From positions 31,666 through 95,665 of the IMG/VR virus record IMGVR_UViG_2814123113_000001: a DNA stretch of 64,000 nucleotides. The stretch is one strand, 5' to 3'. The notes below the pieces were generated by a model. That model ran no database searches, had not been told where the DNA came from, and saw only the letters and a list, made by a program, of their open reading frames with translations. The DNA comes from a virus (taxonomy: Duplodnaviria > Caudoviricetes). How positions within the stretch are numbered: position 1 is the first letter of the stretch; each line of letters starts with the position of its first letter. Positions 56,355 to 64,000 of the stretch are shown one piece after another. Both the position numbers and the translations under genes were made by a program.

Positions 56355-57007
56355 CCAGCCCGTTCGGACAATGGTACGCCGCCCGCTGCGTCATCGAGGC
56401 CGGGGCCACCAGCCGGGGCCTCGACCTCTACGCCGACTACAAGGTCTGGGCCGTCGCTCAAGGCCATGCGCAGGTGATGTCGATCCGCGCGTTCGGCGAC
56501 GCCCTGCAGCAGCGCCAGCACGTCCTGGCGGGCCGCGACGCCGAGCGCGTCAGGCTTCGTGCGGGCCTGCGTCTTCGCCAGACCAGCGACATCGCCGCCG
56601 CCCCGCGCCGGATCGGCAACTCGGAGTTTTACGCTTGGGCCGCCGCCCGCCTCGTGATCGACCCCGCCGAGACCACCTCGTTTTCGGCGCTGCTGAACGA
56701 CTACGCTTGGTGGTGCGACCGGCAGGAGCGCTTTCAGTCGCTCTCAGCGCGCTACTTCGCCGGAATGATCGCCGAAGTCCTGCCGTGGGCCAAGACCACC
56801 AACGGCGGCGGCATCACGGTTTATGCAGGGGTTCGCCTGGCTCCCGGTCAAGACCCGCCTGGATCACCCCCGACATGCTGCACAGGATCCGCTGATCCAG
56901 GTGCTCCGACGATCCGCCGTGCGCTGGCAGCTCTGCTTCGATCGCTCGCCGCAAGGCTTGATGGCCGGCCTCCAGCTCCACCCGAGCCTCCGGCGAAATC
57001 CGGCTGA
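56351..57007 (+). CDS. protein with two helicase-type winged-helix domains
   Basis: SPFG.W...MSIRAFGDALQQRQ shared with the helicase; second divergent copy. Confidence 0.78.
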   Translation: MTSPFGQWYAARCVIEAGATSRGLDLYADYKVWAVAQGHAQVMSIRAFGDALQQRQHVLAGRDAERVRLRAGLRLRQTSDIAAAPRRIGNSEFYAWAAARLVIDPAETTSFSALLNDYAWWCDRQERFQSLSARYFAGMIAEVLPWAKTTNGGGITVYAGVRLAPGQDPPGSPPTCCTGSADPGAPTIRRALAALLRSLAARLDGRPPAPPEPPAKSG

Positions 57008-57121
57008 TCAACCATTCGATCAGGAACTCCATCGCCGCCACCCGGTGCTCCAGCTCCGCGTCGCCCGCGCATCCCGCGTTCTGCGTCATCCCTCACCCCC
57101 CTCCGGATCGGATCAACACAG

Positions 57122-57478
57122 ATGATCGAGTCCACTCCTGAGTCCAGGCCGCCCCGCCTGTCCAGCGCCGCCGTCGACCGCATCGCGCAATGCCTGTCGG
57201 CGATCGAGGCCGCGCCTGCCGCCCAGCACAGCGTCGCCCTGTGCGTGATTGATCGCATCGCCGAGCCGCGCGCCGTGGTCGGCGTCATCGCCGGCGGCCG
57301 CCGCTTTGTGCTCGAGGCGGCCGAGGCCGACATGGCCGCCCGCGTCCTGGTGGATGACCGCCCGATCGCCGGCGCGCGGCTCATCGCCAACCATCTGCTG
57401 TTCCGCCTGGGCCAGGCCGAGCTGCTGCGCTTCCGTGCGAACGCCGTTCGCATGCTCACGCCGATGGGGCGCGGCTGA
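57122..57478 (+). CDS. hypothetical phage protein
   Basis: ORF in the early operon. Confidence 0.55.
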   Translation: MIESTPESRPPRLSSAAVDRIAQCLSAIEAAPAAQHSVALCVIDRIAEPRAVVGVIAGGRRFVLEAAEADMAARVLVDDRPIAGARLIANHLLFRLGQAELLRFRANAVRMLTPMGRG

Positions 57479-57480
57479 CC

Positions 57481-58014
57481 ATGGGGGAGGTCCTGTCCCT
57501 GGCCGACGCAGCCGCGCGCCTCGAGCCGCTGGGCGGCCAGGTCGTGGCAACGGCGATCCCCAGCGGGTCGCCGGCCGAGCCCATGCCGCCCTCGCTTCGG
57601 TTCGCCGGCGACGAGGGCGACGAGGTCAAGATCTTCTATCGCGCCCTCGAGGACCGCGAGGCGGCGGTGTCGGTCCTCTACGACGCGACCACCACCAACA
57701 AGGTGATCCGCGAGCTTTGCCGCCGCCTCGGCCGCAAACCCGACCAGCTGATCGCCACCGACGCCCGCCACATCAAGGACCCCTTCGGCGGCGAGCCCGA
57801 CCCCTTTGGCCTGGCCTACATCCACCAGGCCGCCGGCGCGCGCGGCGAGAAACCCGGCGAGGCGCTGGCCTTCGTCAAGGGCGTCAGCTGGGTGACGCTC
57901 AACGTGGCCCTGAAAAAGCCCGTCAGCCTTCCGCCCGCGATCCGCCCGCCCCGCGAGGGCGAGGAAGCCCCCGCCGACGACACCCCCGAAACCCTTTCCG
58001 GAGACGACGAATGA
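57481..58014 (+). CDS. hypothetical phage protein
   Basis: Strong GC3 codon bias; ATGA overlap with the parB-like gene. Confidence 0.65.
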   Translation: MGEVLSLADAAARLEPLGGQVVATAIPSGSPAEPMPPSLRFAGDEGDEVKIFYRALEDREAAVSVLYDATTTNKVIRELCRRLGRKPDQLIATDARHIKDPFGGEPDPFGLAYIHQAAGARGEKPGEALAFVKGVSWVTLNVALKKPVSLPPAIRPPREGEEAPADDTPETLSGDDE

Positions 58015-59639
58015 CGTCGCTGATAACGCACCAGTTGCTGGATGCGGAACCTGTCCTGCGCCTGCTGCAGGGCAAGGCTCAGGCCATGACGGCCACCCAG
58101 ATCGCCAAGGAAACCGACCGCGATCCGTCGAACGTGCGCAAGGGCCTGCAGGCCTTCGAGGCCGCTGGCCTCTTGATCGGCGAGTCGGACGTGAAAGGCA
58201 CTGCCTATCGGATCTCGCCCGCTGGCGTAGCCGGTCTCGAGGCGCTGGACGGCCAGGGCGCGGTGGGTCTGCCGCTCTGGCCGCTCGACGCCATCGACTA
58301 CAACCCCGACAACCCGCGCAAGTCGGTGGCCCAGGAGGCCCTGGAAGGGCTGGCCGACACCATCGCCGAGGCCGAGGGCCTGCTGCAGCCCATCGTCCTT
58401 TATCCCGCCGGCGCGAACGGCGTTCGCATGCTGCACGCCGGCGAGCGCCGGGTCCGCGCCTGTCGCCTGCTGCAGGCGCAGGGTCGCTTGCCGCCGGCGC
58501 TGCAGGCGGGCCTGCCCTTCATCGAGCGCGAGGCCAGCAAGGCCCAGGCCCTGTTCATCGGCCTGGTCGAGAACAGCCAGCGCGAGAACCTGAGCCCCTT
58601 CGAGGACGCCCAGGCGCTCAAGGCCTTCCAGGACGAAACCGGCCTTTCGGCACGCGCGATCGCCTTCAAGTTGGGCCGCGCCCGCGAAGGCAGTGAGGAG
58701 GGCGTCCGGGACGTTCAGGAGAAAATCAAGGTTCTGACGCGCGCCAAACCCGAGGCCATTGCGCGCGTCCAGGCCGGCCGGGAAAGCTTCGACTGGCTGC
58801 GCCAACAGGTCCGCAAGCGCATCGAGGACGTCGGCCAGCAGCTGCGCCCGGTCGACATACTGACCCTGGCCGAGGTCAAGCTGCAGGCCCGCCGCAAGCC
58901 CAAGCGCTTCAGCTATGGCGAGCGGGAAACCGAGTGCAGCTACAAGGCCGGCAAGGACCCGATCCTTAAGGGATTGGTCTCGCAGGGCCTCCTGGCGTTC
59001 ACCGAACAGGCGCGCGACGACCACAAGGCCTATGTCGAGATCCGCCACGCCGCGCTGGAGATCTTCAACACCGAAGAACTCGCCGGGATTTATGGCGACC
59101 TGAAAACCGCTGAGGAGCTGGTGCGCCAGCTCCGGATCGAAGCGTTCGGACAGGGCGGGGCATCTGTCCTGTCGATGAACGAAGAGTACGCCACGACCTG
59201 GCTGAACGGCCCCTTCACGCTCTCGGAAAAGGCCCAGGCCCTCGTCGACGCCGCCAAGGTGACCCGCCGCGAGCTGATCGCCGCCAACAAGGCCAAGAAC
59301 GCAGCCCACAAGGCCCGCGTCGAGGAGGCGACCGCCATAGTGGTCGCGGTCGAGGAGCACGGCCTCGCCGGCCCCGCCATCGACGCCGTCGTCCTGCAGC
59401 TGGGGCGCTCGAAGATCAAGTTTCCACTGCGCGTCGAGAACAAGAACATCGTCGACGGCAAGGGCGACGCGGTTTTCTACAACGGCATGGGCTGGCGCTT
59501 CGCCGAGGACCAGGACGTCCTCATGCCGCTGCTGGTCGCTGTCCTGAACAGCGTCCTCGCCCCCACGCCGCTCGAGGCGGCGATCGCCAAGGCCCAGCCA
59601 GATCCCCAAGCCCAGGAGGAAGCTCATGCCGCCGCTTAA
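58011..59639 (+). CDS. ParB/KorB-like protein with extra N-terminal HTH
   Basis: NPDNPRK, GLLQPIVL, AGERRVRA, LVENSQRENLSPFEDA; N-terminal TATQIAKETDRDPSNVRKGL. Confidence 0.88.
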   Translation: MTSLITHQLLDAEPVLRLLQGKAQAMTATQIAKETDRDPSNVRKGLQAFEAAGLLIGESDVKGTAYRISPAGVAGLEALDGQGAVGLPLWPLDAIDYNPDNPRKSVAQEALEGLADTIAEAEGLLQPIVLYPAGANGVRMLHAGERRVRACRLLQAQGRLPPALQAGLPFIEREASKAQALFIGLVENSQRENLSPFEDAQALKAFQDETGLSARAIAFKLGRAREGSEEGVRDVQEKIKVLTRAKPEAIARVQAGRESFDWLRQQVRKRIEDVGQQLRPVDILTLAEVKLQARRKPKRFSYGERETECSYKAGKDPILKGLVSQGLLAFTEQARDDHKAYVEIRHAALEIFNTEELAGIYGDLKTAEELVRQLRIEAFGQGGASVLSMNEEYATTWLNGPFTLSEKAQALVDAAKVTRRELIAANKAKNAAHKARVEEATAIVVAVEEHGLAGPAIDAVVLQLGRSKIKFPLRVENKNIVDGKGDAVFYNGMGWRFAEDQDVLMPLLVAVLNSVLAPTPLEAAIAKAQPDPQAQEEAHAAA

Positions 59640-60018
59640 CGCGACGCTCGACGAGCTCGTCGACTATCTGAAGGACAAGGCCCAGCGCTACGCCGCGATC
59701 GCTCAGGGCCATATCCAGCGCTCCGAGGTCTATGCCGCCGGCACGGACCAGACACGCCCGAACGCGGTGTTCGCAGCCAAGTACCAGGACGCCGCCCGGC
59801 AGGCCCTGCAGCTGGCCCAGCAATACGCCGACTACGCCACCTGGTTCGCCATGCTGCGCCCGCTCGACCAGGCCGCGCCCGGCGACCAGATCCTGGTTCC
59901 CGCCACCTTCCTGCGCCGCGCGGCCGACGAGGACTTCCCCGGCGAGGCCTTCGTCCGCGTCGCAGGCGCAAGCGACCCGCTGCGCCTCCCCATCCAACCC
60001 GCCGCCGTCAGCGCCTGA
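59626..60018 (+). CDS. hypothetical phage protein
   Basis: GGAGG RBS. Confidence 0.6.
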   Translation: MPPLNATLDELVDYLKDKAQRYAAIAQGHIQRSEVYAAGTDQTRPNAVFAAKYQDAARQALQLAQQYADYATWFAMLRPLDQAAPGDQILVPATFLRRAADEDFPGEAFVRVAGASDPLRLPIQPAAVSA

Positions 60019-60032
60019 AAGGACAAGCGCCC

Positions 60033-60308
60033 ATGCCCCCCAAGGATCCGCCGCCCATGTGGGCCGCCAAAGCCAGCCCGTCGAACCCACCCGCAAAACC
60101 CGTCACGGCCTATGGCGTGCTGCTGCGCGCGGCTGCGGTGCTGGCCGGTTTCTTCGCCGCGCTCATGCTGCTGTCCGACCTCCTGGACGCGGTCACGCGC
60201 GGCCCGGCCGACCCGATCCGCCTGCTGCTGACCTGCAGCTGGGGCGGCGCCGTCCTGATCTGCGCCGGCGCAACCTGGCGCGCGGCCGTCCAGCGCGGGG
60301 AGGGGTGA
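60033..60308 (+). CDS. small membrane protein
   Basis: Two hydrophobic helices. Confidence 0.6.
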   Translation: MPPKDPPPMWAAKASPSNPPAKPVTAYGVLLRAAAVLAGFFAALMLLSDLLDAVTRGPADPIRLLLTCSWGGAVLICAGATWRAAVQRGEG

Positions 60309-60311
60309 GGG

Positions 60312-60698
60312 ATGGCGGAAGTCATAACCGTCCAGGAACTGCACGCGCGCTTCAAAGCCCAGGACGTCGGCGAGCGCCGCTTCATCGCCATGAAGTGCCC
60401 GATCTGCGGCACTGTCCAGAACATGCAATCCCTCCTGACGGCGGGCGCGGGCGAAACCGAGGACCAGGTCGAGCGGTACATCGGCTTTAGCTGCGTCGGG
60501 CGCTGGACAAACGCCGGCCCGCACAAGCGCGGCGAGCCGCCCGGTCGCGGCTGCGACTGGACGCTCGGCGGGCTCTTCAAGCTCCACAAGCTAGAGGTCG
60601 TGAACGCGCGCGGCCGGCGCGAACCGTACTTCGAGATCGCCACCCAGGAAGAGGCCAAGGCGCTCCAGGCGCAGCAGGAGGCGCCCGCCCATGGCTGA
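60312..60698 (+). CDS. Cys-rich phage protein (VVA0879-like)
   Basis: CPICGTVQ, FSCVGRW, GCDWTLGGLF. Confidence 0.7.
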   Translation: MAEVITVQELHARFKAQDVGERRFIAMKCPICGTVQNMQSLLTAGAGETEDQVERYIGFSCVGRWTNAGPHKRGEPPGRGCDWTLGGLFKLHKLEVVNARGRREPYFEIATQEEAKALQAQQEAPAHG

Positions 60699-61467
60699 CG
60701 GAACCAAGAGCCTGGGCGAGAAGCTGTTCGACAGCCTGGTCGTCGCCCGCGCCGAAACGACCACCTGGGCGGCGCTGTCGGACCAGGACCGCACAATCTG
60801 CGAGAAGGCCGCGTTGGACTTCTGCGCGCGGCTCTCGCACGACGAACCGGCCCGCACCCCAGCCCCTAGCGCCCCTGTAGAGGCGGGAGACGCGCACCTA
60901 GTTCGCCATTGCGCGCACTTAGACTGCACCAAAGCTCAGCGCTGCGTTTCCCCCGATGCCTGCACTGTGAAAGCGTTCGCCGGGATGACCCGCGAATGGT
61001 TAGAGCGAAAAGCAACGCTTGAGGGTGATCACGAGGTTGGGGCTGGGGTCACCCACCCCACCCCTCCAGCCGTAGAGCGGATAGAGATTGATCCTGACAT
61101 CGCGCGCGGTCTTCCGGGCGGTCAGGTGGATCTGGCGACGTACGAGGCCATTGAAGAGGCGCTGGACAAGGCCAACGCACCCGTCACTGCGAACGGCAAG
61201 TTCCTGACCTTAGCGGAGCGCGTCGCGGCCATGGCGGCGCACGTAGAGCGGTTGGCAGAGGCGGCGAAGGCGGCGGTTGCCGCGCTGCAAATAGAGGTCC
61301 GGGCCAACGAAATGTCGGCGGGGATCATGCGCGACCCGGCGAGGACTGGCGGATGGGAAGGCGCAGGTCGGACGGCAAACGCCTTTGCGCGTCACGCCCT
61401 CAAGGCGGCGAACATCCGAGACAGTCTAGCCGAAGCCCTCGCCACCTTTCAGGAGGTGGGGCGGTGA
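60691..61467 (+). CDS. hypothetical phage protein
   Basis: GGAGG RBS. Confidence 0.6.
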   Translation: MADGTKSLGEKLFDSLVVARAETTTWAALSDQDRTICEKAALDFCARLSHDEPARTPAPSAPVEAGDAHLVRHCAHLDCTKAQRCVSPDACTVKAFAGMTREWLERKATLEGDHEVGAGVTHPTPPAVERIEIDPDIARGLPGGQVDLATYEAIEEALDKANAPVTANGKFLTLAERVAAMAAHVERLAEAAKAAVAALQIEVRANEMSAGIMRDPARTGGWEGAGRTANAFARHALKAANIRDSLAEALATFQEVGR

Positions 61468-61688
61468 CGGCGCATCAAGATCATAACCGCCTCGCGCCGG
61501 AACTCTTACGTCGCGTTGTCGAGGGGACCGGCACCCCAACAGAGATGTTGGTCGTGGTTGAAAGCCTCGTCTTGGGAGCGTGCCTGTACGCGGCTGGAGG
61601 GAAACCGCGCGGGGCGGCGATCTATCTGGACCAACTCGCCCACGCCGTCACCGAACGGCTTACCGAGCAAACGGAGGTGGGGCGGTGA
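61464..61688 (+). CDS. hypothetical phage protein
   Basis: GGAGG RBS; GTGA overlap. Confidence 0.55.
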   Translation: MTAHQDHNRLAPELLRRVVEGTGTPTEMLVVVESLVLGACLYAAGGKPRGAAIYLDQLAHAVTERLTEQTEVGR

Positions 61689-61930
61689 AGCTCACGAAGG
61701 TACAACGGGAGTTGCTTCAAGACTTGGCCGATGAAGGGCCGTTCTTTGTGAGACGGCGCCAACACCGCTCTCTTCGAGTGCTTTTTCGGTTGGGCCTCGT
61801 CGAGAGCCACATCGTTGAGGTCATGAGCCATCAAGAACGATGGTGGCAACCAAGCGCCGCCGGTCGCGCAGCCCTGGAAAGCGACGCCCGCGCCGAGCGA
61901 AGCGCCCAGGCGCAAGAGGCGCACGCCTAG
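61685..61930 (+). CDS. hypothetical phage protein
   Basis: GGAGG RBS; GTGA overlap. Confidence 0.55.
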   Translation: MKLTKVQRELLQDLADEGPFFVRRRQHRSLRVLFRLGLVESHIVEVMSHQERWWQPSAAGRAALESDARAERSAQAQEAHA

Positions 61931-61932
61931 CC

Positions 61933-62082
61933 ATGCCCCCGCGCGCGCAAGCATCCGTCCAGCCGGCCCCGCCGGACCAGGACCTGGAGCCGGAGATCCT
62001 CGCGATCATCCAGGCCCTTGCGCGCGCCAACGCTCGCCGTGACTATGCCGCCGCGAGCGAAGCCCAAGGAACGCATGAATGA
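61933..62082 (+). CDS. conserved ~50-aa protein (candidate RDF)
   Basis: LEPEILAIIQALARANARRDY; homolog of 17723-17875. Confidence 0.6.
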   Translation: MPPRAQASVQPAPPDQDLEPEILAIIQALARANARRDYAAASEAQGTHE

Positions 62083-62378
62083 CCATCTCGACCAGCGACA
62101 TGCGGGAGGCGGCGCTCCTAGCCGAGCGGTCAGGGTTCCACGTTAGTCTGTCGATCATCAGCGAGGGCATACGGGTAGAAGTCATGGCCCGGGCCATTCT
62201 CGGGACAAGAGCAGAAGCATATTGGAGCCGCATATACGACTGGCGCGAGCTGGAAGAGGGCGGACTCCTGGATTGCGTTCGGCGTGCGCTGGCCAAGGCT
62301 GACACCGAGGCTGCACATGCGGTCGCCAAGGTGCTCGGTCCCTGGCCAACGCCCGAGATGCTCCGCATGGTCAAATAA
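62079..62378 (+). CDS. hypothetical phage protein
   Basis: Overlaps both neighbouring genes. Confidence 0.55.
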   Translation: MTISTSDMREAALLAERSGFHVSLSIISEGIRVEVMARAILGTRAEAYWSRIYDWRELEEGGLLDCVRRALAKADTEAAHAVAKVLGPWPTPEMLRMVK

Positions 62379-64000
62379 TGCGCGTCGCCCTCTACGCCCG
62401 ATACAGCGACGACAAGCAGAACCCGGCGTCGATCGCCGACCAGCTGGCGCTCTGCACCCGTCACGCCCAGGCGCGGGGCTGGACGATCGCGGCCACCTAT
62501 ACCGACGCGGCGATCTCGGGCGCCCACATGGCCAACCGGCCGGGCGTCAACATGCTGATGGCCGCCGCCGAGGAGCGCGCCTTTGATCTCATCCTGGTCG
62601 AGCACCAGGACCGCCTTTTCCGCAACCTCGCCGACAACGCCCGCGCCTTCGAGCGCCTGTCCTATCTGGGCATCGGAATCGCCACCCTGCGCACCGACCG
62701 CGTGCAGCTGATGGACGTGGCGATCGAGGGACTGATGTCGCAGCTCTATCTCGACAACCTGTCGGCCAAGACCAAGCGCGGCATGCACGCCAACGCCGAA
62801 AAGGGTCTGGCCACCGGCGCGCGCATCTATGGCTATCGTTCGGCCCCCGGCGGCGAGATGGCCATTTTCGAAGAGGAAGCCGCCGTCGTGCGCCGGATCT
62901 TCGCCGGCTACGCCCAGGGCCTCACCGGCGTCGAGATCGCCGGCGTGCTCAACGATGACAAGATCCCCGCGCCCGGCGGCGGGATCTGGGGCGCGACCTC
63001 GGTGATCGGCTCGCGCCAGCGCGGCAACGGCATCCTGCGCTGCGAACTCTATATCGGGGTCAAGGTCTGGAACCGCTTTGACCTGCGCAAGGACCCGGCC
63101 ACCGGCAAGCGCGTCCAGCAGATCCGCCCCGAAAGCGAATGGAAGCGCACGCCTGTGCCGCACCTTCGCATCGTCGACCAGGTCGACTGGGAAGCGGTCC
63201 AGGCCCGGTTCCTGCTCTCGGGCGCGCACCGTAAACCGCACCTGGCCAATCGCCACAAGCCCGGCCTGTTCTCAGGCCTGCTCAAGTGCGTCGAGTGCGG
63301 CGGAAACTACACGATCAAGGGCAAGGGCCGCCTGGTCTGTTCGGTCTATGTCGGCAAGGGGCCCAGCGCCTGTAACAACCGGCGCAGCATCATGCGCGAC
63401 GAGGTCGAAGACCGCGTGCTCGAGGGGCTGCGCGCCAAGATGCTGTCGCCGGCGGCCGTCGCGGCCTATGTGCGCGCCTATCATGCCGAGTATGAGGCGG
63501 CGGCCGCCGCCGCCCAGTCGCGCCGCGCGCCGCTGGAAAAGCGCCTGGCCGAATTGAACCGCGGAATCGCGCGCCTGGTCGACGCGATCTGCGACGGGAC
63601 CGAAACGCCGGCGATGCGCGCGCGCCTGGTCTCGGCCGAGGCCGATAAGGCCGAGATCGAGGCCCAGCTGGCCAGCGCCGACCAGCAAGCGCCGATCACC
63701 CTGCACCCGCGCGCGGCCGAGGTTTACGCCGAACAGGTCCGCGCCCTGCAGGAGCGCCTGGCCGAGCTGAAGGACGGCAAGCCCTCGGCCGACGATCGCC
63801 GCGTCATCGAACTGGTGCGCGGCCTGATCGAGCGCATCGAGATCCGCCCCGTCGACCAATCGCGCGGCGCACCGATCGAGCTTACGCTCGTCGGCCGCCT
63901 CGCGGACTTCATGAAACCGTCCTGGGAAGAGAACCGGAACGAAAGTGGGTTCCGATTGGTAGCTGGGGGCGGGATCGAACCGCCGACCTGTGGGTTATGA
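62378..64000 (+). CDS. int: large serine integrase
   Basis: VALYARYS, DRLFR, zinc ribbon; paralog of 18131-19777; C-terminus read from the antisense tRNA. Confidence 0.95.
   Translation: MRVALYARYSDDKQNPASIADQLALCTRHAQARGWTIAATYTDAAISGAHMANRPGVNMLMAAAEERAFDLILVEHQDRLFRNLADNARAFERLSYLGIGIATLRTDRVQLMDVAIEGLMSQLYLDNLSAKTKRGMHANAEKGLATGARIYGYRSAPGGEMAIFEEEAAVVRRIFAGYAQGLTGVEIAGVLNDDKIPAPGGGIWGATSVIGSRQRGNGILRCELYIGVKVWNRFDLRKDPATGKRVQQIRPESEWKRTPVPHLRIVDQVDWEAVQARFLLSGAHRKPHLANRHKPGLFSGLLKCVECGGNYTIKGKGRLVCSVYVGKGPSACNNRRSIMRDEVEDRVLEGLRAKMLSPAAVAAYVRAYHAEYEAAAAAAQSRRAPLEKRLAELNRGIARLVDAICDGTETPAMRARLVSAEADKAEIEAQLASADQQAPITLHPRAAEVYAEQVRALQERLAELKDGKPSADDRRVIELVRGLIERIEIRPVDQSRGAPIELTLVGRLADFMKPSWEENRNESGFRLVAGGGIEPPTCGL
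63957..64000 (-). tRNA. 3' part of a tRNA with CAT anticodon (probably Met); integration site, truncated by the window edge
   Basis: Reverse complement TCATAACCCACAGGTCGGCGGTTCGATCCCGCCCCCAGCTACCA contains the anticodon loop, T arm and CCA. Confidence 0.85.

Larger units (their letters stand above)
19720..63968. mobile_element. Prophage 2, apparently complete siphovirus-type prophage (~44.2 kb)
   Basis: Full lysis, tail, head, packaging, replication, immunity and integrase modules between matching att arms. Confidence 0.93.

Noticed and set aside
57249-58010. 796-aa ORF start assigned to the ParB-like gene
   Set aside because: Overlaps two better ORFs; the ATG at 58011 has a GGAG RBS, an ATGA overlap and aligns with the start of the prophage 1 homolog
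21444-58428. Dispersed palindromes as terminators, REP elements or CI operators
   Set aside because: No U-tracts, most copies are intragenic, and the CI operators of both prophages are different motifs clustered at the switch regions
759-59639. Many proteins end in Ala-Ala, a ClpXP degron in Caulobacter
   Set aside because: Largely explained by GAGG..GCCGCATGA RBS/start overlaps, and also seen in tail-region proteins; not separable from sequence alone
59759-59774. CGAACGCGGTGTTCG resembling the dispersed palindrome
   Set aside because: Spacer is two bases too long; not counted

Overview
GC-rich alphaproteobacterial-type sequence (Caulobacteraceae-like by gene content; inference) made up entirely of two tandem temperate prophages, each ending in a large serine integrase. 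Prophage 1 (1-~19720) is the right part only: methyltransferases, cro/cI switch, early operon and integrase. Prophage 2 (~19720-63968, ~44.2 kb) looks complete: lysis, siphovirus tail, lambda-like head, P4-type primase/helicase, cro/cI, early operon and integrase. It is inserted in the 3' end of a tRNA with a CAT anticodon at the right edge. Four signals are not explained by the annotation. (1) A palindrome, CGAACG(C/G)CGTTCG, is spread at roughly 4-5 kb intervals through both prophages, mostly inside genes. Its flanks are prophage-specific, and each prophage encodes its own HTH-ParB-like protein with no ParA visible. (2) A near-identical first early cassette occurs in both prophages: a DUF6948-like gene, a two-letter Gly-Tyr/Gly-Asp hexamer array with a different pattern in each, and an identical hairpin. 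(3) attP lies inside the integrase gene, so integration swaps the integrase C-terminus and the tRNA acceptor strand. (4) Stand-alone copies of the helicase winged-helix domain are present, together with an iteron-like cluster. All family assignments are by visual motif recognition; no searches were run.
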